This document shows positions 53,820 to 64,000 of a DNA stretch of 64,000 bases, piece after piece. The notes beneath the pieces were generated by a model. The model was not told where the DNA came from and did no database searches. It saw only the letters and a program-made list of their open reading frames with translations. Every line of letters begins with the position of its first letter. Positions within the stretch are counted from its first letter, which is position 1. Both the position numbers and the translations under genes were made by a program. This DNA is from Callorhinchus milii (lineage: Eukaryota). The stretch lies in assembly GCF_018977255.1 (NCBI RefSeq), contig NW_024704742.1, positions 126,854,001-126,918,000 on the forward strand. The letters run 5' to 3'.

Positions 53820-54530
53820 CAGAGGGTTTGGGTGTCCTTATACACCAGTCACAAATAGTATGCAGGTACAGCAACCAACTAGGAAGGCTAATGGCATGTT
53901 GGCCTTTATTGCAAAAGGGTTAGAATACGAGAGTAGGGAAGTCTTGCTGCAACTTTATAGGGCTTTGGTGAGACCGCACCTAGAATATTATGTGCAGTTT
54001 TCGTCTCCTTATTTAAGAAAGGACATACTTGCCTTTGAGGGGGTGCAGAGTAGATTCACTAGGTTACTTCCTGGGATGAGGGGATTGACCTATGAGGATA
54101 GGTTGAGTAAACTAGGCCTATATTCTCTAGAATATAGAAGAATTAGGGGTGATCTTATAGAAACATATAAGATTCTTATGGGGCTTGACAGAGTAGACAG
54201 TGTGAGACTGTTTCCCCTGGTAGGAGAACCTATAACTAGAGTCTTAAGATTAAGAGTCAGCCCTTTCGAACAGAGTTGAGGAAACACTTCTTCACTTAGA
54301 GGATAGTGAATTTATGGAATTCTCTACCCCAGAAGGCTGTAGATGCTCAGTCCTTGAACATATTCAAGACTGAGATTGATAGATTTCTAAAGGATAGAGT
54401 GATTAAAGGATATGGGGATAAGGTGGGCAGATGGAGTTAGGTTAAAAGATCAGCCATGATCTTATTGAATGGCGGGGCAGGCTCGAGGGGCCGAAGGCCT
54501 ACTCCTGCTCCTAATTCCTGTGTTCCTATA
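53820..54530 (+). mobile_element. CR1-clade LINE 3' fragment
   Basis: LQLYRALVRPHLEYYVQFSSPYLRKDI...RRIRGDLIETYKIL; CR1-type tail cctactcctgctcctaattcctgtgttcctat. Confidence 0.92.
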
Positions 54531-54545
54531 TTCCTATTGAATGTT

Positions 54546-57235
54546 AACAACAACAACAACAACTTGGATTTATATAGCGCCCTCCACGCCGGACGGCATC
54601 TCAGAGCGCTTCACAGTAACAAATCCCGGGGCCGAGCCAGAGGGAGGGGGAAGAAGGTGACCAAAGGCGCGGTCGAAAAGATAGTTCTTCAGAAGGGACC
54701 TGAAAGTAGGAAGAGAGGGAGCGAGGCGAAGGGAGTGAGGAAGGGAATTCCAGAGCCTCGGGGCATAGTGGCTGAAGGCACGGCCGCCGAGGGTGGAGCA
54801 GAGGACTCAGGGGATGAGGAGGAGGCCAGACCCGGAGGAACGAAAGCAACGGGTACTGTTTTGAGGAGAGAGGAGGTCAGAGAGGAAGGGGGGTGCAGAG
54901 GAGTGGAGGAATTTGAATACAAGGGTGAGAATCATGAAATCGATCTTCTCTGGGACAGGCAGCCAGTACAGTCTGGCAAGGACTGGGGTAATCGGAGAAC
55001 GTAGTTTGGTGCGGGTGAGAATGCGGGTGGCAGAATTTTGGATGATTTGGATTTTATGGATGGTGGTGGATGGGAGACCGGTGAGGAGGGCGTTAAAGTA
55101 GTCCAGCTGAGAGGTGACAAAGGCATGGACTAGGGTTTCAGCAGCCTTTGGAGAGAGGTATTTGCGGAGATGGGCGATGCGTTGGAGGTGGAAGAAAGTA
55201 GTGCTGGTGAGGGACCGGATGTGGGGGAGGAAGGATAATTTGGGATCGAACCTGACGCCAAGGTTGCGTACAGGTTCGGAGCGTTTTAGGGGTAGGTCGG
55301 GTAGCTGGAGGAGGTGAGAGCCGTGGGATTTGAGTCGTTGACGCGAGCCAAAGAGTATGGCTTCCGTCTTGTTGATGTTCAGTTGAAGGAAATTTGCGCT
55401 CATCCAGCCCCTGAGATCTGACAGGCAGGCTGACAGAACATCAGAGGACTGGGGATCGCAAAGAGAGGTGGAAAAATAGAGTTGGGTGTCGTTCGAGTAC
55501 ATGTGGAAATGTACCCCATGTCTGCAAATGACATCCTCAAGAGGGAGTATGTAGATCAGAAAGAGGAGAGGGCCAAGGATGGATCCTTGGGGTACCCCAC
55601 AGGTAACCGGGTGAGAGCGGGAGGAGAAGCCGTTTGTGCAGATGTACTCCTGGCAGTTCGTGAGGTAGGACTCGACCAGGCGAGTGCGGTCCCACTGAGG
55701 TGGATGACAGAGGAAAGGCGGTGGAGAAGGATGGCGTGGTCGACTGTGTCAAACGCCTCAGAGAGGTCCAGGAGGACAAGGAGGCAGAGGGAGCCCTGGT
55801 CACAGATAGAGAGGATGTCGTTTGTGACTTTCACAAGCGAAGTCTCTGTACTGTGGGCAGAGCGGAAACTGGATTGGAGGGGTTCGAAATGGAAGTGGGT
55901 GGAGAGGTGTGCGCGAAGTTGATTGACTAAAACGAGTTCTAAGACTTTAGCGAGGAAGGGCAGGTTAGAAATGGGGCGGTAGTGGTTGGGGTTTGAGGGA
56001 TCTAGGGAAGGTTTTTTGAGGAGGGGGCTGATGACAGCAGTTTGAGGGGGGCAGGGACTGATCCGGAGGTTGATGACTGGTTGATGACGTCAGCCAGTAG
56101 TGGGCAGAGGAGGGGGAGCTGGATGACCAGCAAGTTGGTGGGGAGGGGGTCGAGGCAGCAGGTGGTGGGTTTCATGGAGGTGATGCTGGGTGAGAGGGAG
56201 GAGGGAGAAATGGGGAGGAAGGAATGTAGGATGGAGGTGGTGGTAGGAGCAGATGATGGGGAGGGTAAGGGGTCAGAGGGGGGTTGGTGGTGGGTGACAA
56301 GAGGCAGTTGGATGAGGCTGCCTGGCGGATTTTGTGAATTTTAGATGAGAAGAAGTCCATGACCTCCTCGCACTTGGCATTGGATATGAAGATTGAGGAG
56401 GCCTGAGGGGGGGCAAGGAGGAGGCAGTGAGTGGTGGAAAAAAGGACTTTCGGGTTGTGTTTAGCCTCCAACACGAGGTTGGAGTAGAAGGCCGTTTTTG
56501 CGCGTCAGGGGGAGTTTAGGTGGAGGTTGAAATCGCCCATTATGAGCAGGCGCTCGGAGCAGAGGGACAGGGAAGAGAGTAGGGTGGAGGTGTCTGTATA
56601 ATAATAATAATAATAATCCTTGCATTTGATATAGCGCTTTTCACGTCGGGAGGACGTCCCAAAGCGCTTCACAGAACACACTGTAAAGTGAATTGACTGT
56701 ATATTTGTGGGCGAACGCGGCAGCCAATTGCGCACAGCAATGTCCCACAAACAGTCGTAGATTGAAAATGACCAATTTTATTATTGTTTTTTTTTTGGAG
56801 GGATTATTATTAGGCGTGTGGAGTAAGGAAACTTGCCCAAGGTTTCGCCCTGACTGGAATTGAACTCAGGTCTCTCGCTTGCAAAGCGAGTGCTCTAACC
56901 ACTGAGCTACAGGACTCCACATGGAAGGAGCCGGGGGGCTTAGGGGGGGCGATAGACCAGGAGGATTTTCAATGGGAGAGAGGGATAGAAGATGGTGAGG
57001 TGCTCGAAGGAGGGGAAGCAGCCAGAGGAATAGGGGTTAAGATCAACGGAGGCTTTGGAAATGAAGGCCACCCTGCCGCCACGTTGGTTTGGACGGGGGG
57101 TGTGGTGGAAGATGTAGTTTAATGGGGAGGCTTCCACTCGAGGGACGGGGTCATTGGGGGAGAGCCAGGTTTCGGTGAGCCCAAGAATGTCAGGATGAGG
57201 TTGTGGATGGTGAGGGCTTTATTTGTGAGAAAGCA
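54546..57235 (-). mobile_element. L2-clade LINE (family B), ORF2 remnant with APE endonuclease and RT, internally deleted and interrupted by a SINE
   Basis: LGLTETWL, LVYRPP and GDFNLH (APE); LLDLSEAFDTVDH and DTQLYFS (RT); (TTG)n tail at 54546. Confidence 0.92.
56598..56920 (-). mobile_element. Full-length tRNA-Ala(TGC)-headed SINE with Deu-like core and L2-derived tail, inserted in L2 family B
   Basis: Head GTGGAGTCCTGTAGCTCAGTGGTTAGAGC...TTGCAA...GAGTTCAATTCC (A/B boxes); core ctgtttgtgggacattgctgtgcgcaattggctgccgcgtt; (TTA)n tail. Confidence 0.92.
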
Positions 57236-58109
57236 TTGAAACAGCTACTCAGGCAACAAATTCACACTGGCACTTTTTTCTACATGAGCAAGCTAATCTA
57301 ATCCCATACTCCTACTTTCCCCACACATCCTTTACTTCCTCCTCTTGAAACATCGATTTAATTCACTTTAAATAATTTACAGACTATGGGGCAGAAATTC
57401 CACATTCTAAACATCTAACCTCCCTTTCAATTATATCTGTGATCTGATATTTGTGTCCTCATCACTGACTCATCAACCAGTGGAACCAATCTTTCACCCA
57501 TAAAATATACAGTCAATTCACTTTACAATGTATTCTGTGAAGCACTTTGGGAAGTCTTGAAGACGTGATAAGGCGCAATATTAAATGCAAGGATTATTAT
57601 TATTATCACTTTACACTATTAAACTTCCATCAAATCATTGGCTCCAATTTAGTTTCTCTTTTGAACTGCAACCCCTTCTTGCCTGGTAACAGCAAGTGAA
57701 TTTACAATGCATCTGTTGCATTGTTTTTACATCCTTCCTATAAAGAGTTGTCCAAACTGTACGTAACATCACAAGTGAGGTTTGGATGAAAAAGGCTATT
57801 TGGACCATGTAATCTCAGCCTTCCCACCCTACCAGGTTCCCACCACAACATTAAGCTACTGTGGCCTCAACCACTTTCCTTGTGACCTGTTCCAGTCATT
57901 AATTACCCTCTGAGTAAAGAAATACTTCCTGTTATCTACTCTAAATTGCCCTTTGCAACTTTAAACTTATGTTCTACTACCTTAGCGCATTCATTTCTCA
58001 ATCCCATTCAAAATTGTGTTCATATCTATGAGACATATTTCAAGATTGATGAGCCCCAGCTCGTCTAATCTTTTTTTTTAAAGTCCAATCTTTTGTTTGT
58101 CTACAAAAC

Positions 58110-58305
58110 GTGGAGTCCTGTAGCTCAGTGGTTAGAGCACTCGCTTTGCAAGCGAGAGACCTGAGTTCAATTCCAGGCAGAGGGCGAAACCTTGGGCAAG
58201 TTTCCTTACTCCACACAGAGCCTAATAATAATCCCTCCAAAAAACAAAAACAATAATTAAATTGGTCATTTTCAATCTACGACTGTTTGTGGGACATTGC
58301 TGTGC
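58110..58305 (+). mobile_element. Same SINE, 5' half (3'-truncated)
   Basis: gtggagtcctgtagctcagtggttagagcac...gggacattgctgtgc. Confidence 0.9.
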
Positions 58306-58699
58306 AATTAATTAATACAAAGAGCAAGAGTGGTCCAGGACAGACTACCTGAAATACACGCTTAACATTTGACCCAACTTCCCATCACAATGAGCCTCTG
58401 CCAACCAATCTGAATCCATGACCATGTCTTGCCCTTGATATCAGCTTGTGAAGGAATCCTCGACATGGTACTTTGTCCAATGTCTTTTGGAAGTCCAGAT
58501 ACACTATGTCATATAGCTTCCCACAGTCAATTTTGGTTGTCACCTTCTCTAAAAGTCAAAAGTTGGTCGTGCAAGATCTACAATTTGTAAGGCTATGGAG
58601 AAAGAGTGTGGGAGTGGGTCTAATAGGAAAGCTCTTTCAAAAAGCCGGCACAGACATGATAGGCCAACTGGCCGCTTTCTGATTCTGTGATCTACCCTT

Positions 58700-59982
58700 T
58701 CTGTGACCATCTGCGACCAGGGCTCCCTCTGCCTCCTCGTCCTCCTCGACTTATCGGCCGCATTCGATACATTCGACCACGCTATCCTCCTCCACCACTT
58801 GTCCTCCCACCTCAACCTTCAAGGCCCTGTCCTTGAGTAGTTCAGGTCGTACCTCTCCCACCGTCTTCATTTTGTTTCCACAAATGGCTTTTCCTCCAGC
58901 CCCCGCACTGTCTCGTGCGGTGTCCCTCAGGGCTCTGTCCTCAGTCCCCTCCTCTTCACCCTCTATATGCTCCCCCTTGGTGACATCATCCGCAGACATG
59001 GGGTTAACTTCCACATGTATGCGGATGACACCCAACTCTACCTTTCCTCCTCTACCCTCAACTCCACGACCACCAATGTCCTGACAGCTGCCTGTCTGAC
59101 ATTGAGTCCTGGACGAGAGACAACTTTCTTCAGCTCAACGTGTGCAAAACTGAGGCCCTCCTGATTGGCTCGCGTCAGCGCCTCTGCACCTCAGGCGCTG
59201 ACACCATCAGCATCCAAGGCTGCACTCTCCACCTCTCAAAGCCAGTCACGAACCTCGGCGTTCTGTTCAACCCTGAGCTGTCCTTTCTTCCTCATATCTG
59301 CGCCACAACTGGCACCGCCTTCCATCACCTCTGGAATGTCGCCAGACTACGGCACTACCTCACCCCTCACGCTGCTGAAACTCTGGTCCACGTCTTTATC
59401 ACCTCAAGGCTGGACAAAAGGAACTCTCTCCTCGCCGGCCTTCCCGGCACCTCCCTCCACAAGCTGCAGCTCGTGTACTGTCCTGCACCAGGCTTCGCGA
59501 CCACATCACTCCCCATCCTCGCTCGCCTCCACTGGCTCCCCATCCCCCAGAGATTCAAGATCCTCATCCTCACCTACAAGGCCATTCACGGCCTTGCTCC
59601 CTCCTACCTCTCCAACCTACTATCCCCCTACTTACCTGCCCGTACCCTCCGTTCCTCTCTCCGGTCTGCTCCACATCCCCCACCCTAACCGCCCTACCAA
59701 CGGTGGCCGGGCCTTCAGCCTCTCAGCCCCAAGGTTCTGGAACCCCATCCCCCAGTGCCTTCGCCTTGCTTCCTCCCTTTCCTCCTTCAAGGCCGGTCTC
59801 AAGACCTTTCTCTTCGACCGTGCCTTCAGCTCCCTTCTCGACTATCTACCCCTTCCTCGCTCACTCCCTTCCCTCCCCCTGACCATTTCCCCCCTGCTTG
59901 GGTCCCGACCCAACTGTCCAGCGCCTTGGAACGTCCTCCCGACGTGAAAGGCGCTCTATAAATGAAATCTTGTTGTTGTTTC
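58700..59982 (+). mobile_element. L2-clade LINE (family A), 5'-truncated
   Basis: Closely similar to the reverse complement of ~40245-41530; YADDTQLY; tail gacgtgaaaggcgc...ttgttgttg. Confidence 0.93.
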
Positions 59983-62189
59983 TAAACCTGTACGGGCAGT
60001 CATTTAATAGGTGTTTTATTCAAAAAAAAATTCTAATCGGCTCCATCATTTTTCCAATTCAGACTAATGGGTTTAGAGTTGCCACATGTGATTCAATTAC
60101 CTTTCTTGAATATGAGATCAATATGTGCTGCATCCAGTCTGTTGGAACTTCATTGGTGGTGAGTGATTCTTCATAATGTCTAACAGTGTTACACAAATAT
60201 TCTCCCTTGTAACCCCAAGAAATTTGGAGTACAGTTATTATTATTATTATTACAGTTCATTTGTACCAGGGAATTTGTTGTTATTCAGCCTCTTGAGCCT
60301 ATTGAGATCCTCAGCCTCACTTATGCCATTCCTGAAGTTCAAGCAATATTTGCTGGAATACTGCGGGGCACATCTTTCGTGTCCTCCCTGGTAAAAACCT
60401 TCAGGAAGTAATCATTTATTAGATTCACCATCTCCACCATCTCTTAACATCCCAACTGTATTAGATGTGTCACTTCATGTGAAACTCGAGATTTACTGAA
60501 GAAGGAGCAACTAAGTATATAGAGCCAAAACTGGAGAATGGAACTGAGGACTGTCAATATAGAAGATAGGACCAGCATCAATGACCAGGTAGAAGCCGAA
60601 TAAAAACATTTTCAATACTTATGCTAGCTGTCTGCTCTATTACCATATTTTCTACTGAGTTGAAATTGAAATACAGAAAAGAAAAATACAATAAAAAATA
60701 TGCAATTTCAGATCAAATATAATCTTTTTGTAGAATGGATCATGATCAATATTAAATGTGTGTGTGTTGTAAGAACATCTACAACTTGAATTCTGGTCTT
60801 CTGTCCCCATAATAGCCATCTGACCCTCAGCAAAGATATTATGGATAATGTCATGAGAGATATGCCAAGCTGGCTCAAATTGAAATCATTAAAAAGACAT
60901 TAGGTGGGATATATTTCTACTCGAAAATAATGGAGTTTGTACTTTGTTATGAACAAATTCCATTTCTAAAATGTTCCATTTTCACAATAATCAATGAATG
61001 TAAAAAAAGTGAATATGTTTGCCCAGCAGAGGTCAGCATTAAAAAAAAATGGTTCAACTTAAGAATGGTGTTAAGTTATTAAATCCACCTGGTGCAAATT
61101 ATTTTTAAAATACAAGGATAAAGGTTTTCTCATTTACATGCTCCCTCTTGCCAACATATTGCGCAGACAGAGTTTAATGTATTTTTCCACTTCCACTCGA
61201 TTCCAGTGGCAAGCTTTCAGTTTCTACATCCCTAACCTATGGAAGTCACTCCCTCTACCCACCCCATCTTTTCCTCTCTTGGTCTTTATGTCCCATCTTA
61301 AAACCTCCTTCGACCACACCTATTGTCACCTCCCCCTTGCTATCCCTTGCTCTTCAACCAGCCAAGACATTATCCCATATACACTATATAAATTCAAGTT
61401 GGTGTAAAATTAACTTTTTTTTTATCATTTCCATCAGAGGATGGATAGTGAAACAGTATTCCCACTGATTTGTCAATTGGTAACAAAGATTGCAACTTTT
61501 TTGGGGTCCGCTGAGTGTCTGACACATGCAGAAACCCATCACCATGATTAGCAGTACCCAAACACAGTTACGAGAATGCCACCTACACTTGGAAGCTTTC
61601 TGTTGTTTGTCCAGCGAGGACCATTCCACTTGATAGGGCTTGGCTTTGGCTTGCAGGGTTAAAAGGAGCTGAGTGGGAAGAATCTCTGTCCCCAGTCTGC
61701 CATTGAAACAGACTGGCTGGGCTATCAGTGCACTGGAGTACTGTGGACCTACCTGCCTTAGAAACTGAGCTATCAAGACAGCCACACAATTGACTCGATT
61801 CCAACAATCCATTGCCAAGCATATTATCTTTGAGCCAGTTCAGCTGTCAGTAAGTTTGTAACCATTAGAATTTCCTCTGTCAATTCTCTGCCTGCCTTTC
61901 ATCTATCTTCAAATCCTACCTTTAAACTGACCTTGTCGACCAAGTCCATGGTCACTTATTCTCCATCGTTCTATTTCCAACCTGCCACTGTGCAGTGCTC
62001 TGAGATGCTATCCTGCATTAATAATAATCCTTGTATTTGATATGGTCTTCTAGATGTCTCAAAGCGCTTCACAGAAAATACTGTAAAGCAATTGACTATA
62101 TTTTGTGGGCATTAAGGGCAATATATGACTTCAATTGATCTTGTTTACCTCTCTCCCAAGGAGGACAATCCAAGTTGGTCATTTCAACA

Positions 62190-62910
62190 GTGACGAGCAC
62201 ATCTTTGAATAATAATTCAGTGATTTTTATAAAACACTGGTAAGGCCACCAATGTGGATGCTGTGTTCCGTTCTGGGCACCACACTAGTATATGTTTGTG
62301 GGACACTGCTGTGCGCAATTGGCTGCTGCATTTCGCCCACAAATATATGGTCAATTCAGTTTTCAAGGCTGAGACTGATAGATTTTTTAAAAAATAGAGG
62401 GATTAGGGGATAGGGCAGATAATTAGAGTTAGGTCAGAAGATCAGCCATGATCTTATCAAATGGCGGGGCAGACTCGAGGGGCTGAATGGCCTACTCCTG
62501 CTCCTAATTTTTATGTTCTTATGTTCTTTACAGTATATTCTGTGAAGCACTTTGAGACGTCTAGAAGACATGAAAAAGCGCTATATCAAATGCAAGGATT
62601 ATTATTATTATTTACCATGATGGTACCAGGAATGAGGTACATCAGTTATCAGAAGAGGCTAGAGAAGCTGGGATTATTCTCCTTACGAGCAGAGAAGGTT
62701 AAGAGGAGACTTAATAGAAGTTTTCAAAATTATGAGGGAATTCGATAGGGTGAACAAGGAGAAACTATTTCCACTGGCGGGTGGGTCGGTAACCCGAGGA
62801 CACTGATTTAAAATAGTTGTTAAAAGAAAGAGAGGGGAAGTGGGGAGAAATGTTTTCACACAGTGAGTTGTTTGGGTCTGGAATGCATTGTCTGAAAGGT
62901 GGTGGAACCC
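62190..62910 (+). mobile_element. Nested cluster: old CR1 fragment containing a partial SINE that itself contains a CR1 3' end
   Basis: CR1 motifs YKTLVRP (~62230) and RLEKLGLFSL..RGDLIEVFKI (62612+); SINE halves ~62295-62360 and ~62528-62610; CR1 tail ~62362-62527. Confidence 0.75.
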
Positions 62911-62919
62911 GATTCGATA

Positions 62920-63180
62920 ACACTGGCCTGCGGTGTGAGACGATGGTGGAGTCAGGCAATATTGCGGAGGTTGTGGAAGTCAGAGCGGGTCATGGCACAG
63001 ATGTGGGGTAGAAAGGATAGTTGAGGGTCAAACAAGATGCCAAGGTTCTGGACTGGCTTAGTAAGGTGGAGTGTGTATCCTTGGATGGTAAGGCTGTCAG
63101 AGCCTGAGGTGTGGAGGCGCTGACAGGAGCCAATTAGGAGGGGATTCGTCTTGTTGATATTCAACTGAAGAAAGTTAACT
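62920..63180 (-). mobile_element. L2 fragment
   Basis: NINKT..LLIGS.QRL...NLGILFDPQLSFLPHI, as in the other L2 copies. Confidence 0.8.
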
Positions 63181-64000
63181 CAGAAAGTATCAGAAATTCC
63201 TTGCAAGCTTCCTGGTGAGCAACAGGCCGTGGTGGAATTTAAAAAGGAATTTTTAAAAATAATTAACTATTGAAGAGGCAGAATATAAATCAGTACAGGG
63301 AAAAAACGGAGAATTGGGATAAGACCAGTTAGCCTCAATGGAGAAACTGGCAGCAACACAGATTTGATGTGCTCTTCCACTGCTCCAATTTCCATGAATA
63401 TAAGAACACATGGATTGCTACACAAAAGAAGACCAAGGCCCATCCAGTTCGCCTTCCACCATCCTGGTAGTCGCGTGCACATGTCGTGTCCCAAACTCTA
63501 TACTGTATACCAAGATATTATTTCCTAAAAGAAATCTATCTGATTTGCTTTTGAAGGAACATTACTTTCTGCGTCCACCGTGTCCTTATGAATCTATTAA
63601 ATTATGTATTATGAGCAAAATAACTTTTAAACTAATACCAATGGCAGCAAACACCAGCTGGGTTTATACTGACTGCTCATGTCAGTGGGTTCTGGGTCAG
63701 TAGTTCAAGTGATCCACCCATTTTTTGAGCCCTGCCAGTACTTTGCTGCTGCTAGAATATAAAAAAGAATAATAGAAATTTGGCAGTGTCGTATTGTTCA
63801 TTTTCATTCACATTTCACAGAGCTAGTGGTGGAAATCCTAATTGTTGGTAATCACAGAATTGATAACAATTACTGTCTTTTTTCTCTGACCCTCAGTAGC
63901 TACGTTTTCTGATTTAACAGTATGTAATTACTATTATATAAAAAAATCATCGCCCACATAAAAGCAACAATATAATTACTATTATATAAAAAAATCATCT

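Noticed and set aside
58110..58185. tRNA-Ala gene (also 32005-32080, 49395-49466, 56845-56920, 7010-7079)
   Set aside because: These are SINE heads: each continues into SINE body sequence and I could not find a proper acceptor stem
1..64000. Prokaryotic systems (CRISPR arrays, operons, defence loci)
   Set aside because: Spliced vertebrate gene with SINEs and LINEs; no regularly spaced repeat-spacer array seen

Overview
Vertebrate genomic DNA, most likely a cartilaginous fish; this rests on the tRNA/Deu-type SINE plus L2/CR1 repeat landscape and is not established. The whole window lies inside one minus-strand gene, UNC13B (Munc13-2, synaptic vesicle priming factor). I reconstructed a frame-consistent exon chain: 47404-47281, 34331-34258, 33647-33590, a 36-nt microexon 26107-26072, 25383-25167, 22822-22697, a ~9.2 kb giant coding exon 22336-13121, 12342-12010 and the calmodulin-binding exon 9507-9417. 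After these come a candidate short alternative first exon (5102-4988) and the large brain-isoform (bMunc13-2-type) N-terminal exon, which runs off the window start (1272-1) and is missed by the ORF track. Earlier C2A exons and all C1/C2B/MUN/C2C exons lie outside the window. Introns hold a decayed hAT-Charlie transposon with nested L2 insertions, other L2 and CR1 LINE fragments and many copies of a tRNA-Ala-headed SINE. Best leads, all inferential: (1) the bMunc13-2 exon contains a coiled-coil plus RRM-like segment resembling LINE ORF1p; (2) the giant exon has clustered PxDLS CtBP/RIBEYE-type motifs around an aromatic core and more than 20 ALPS-like Phe/Ser/Gly motifs, and it has no canonical GT donor; (3) two L2 copies share the same RT frameshift, and their 3' hairpin is shared with the SINE with a compensatory change.
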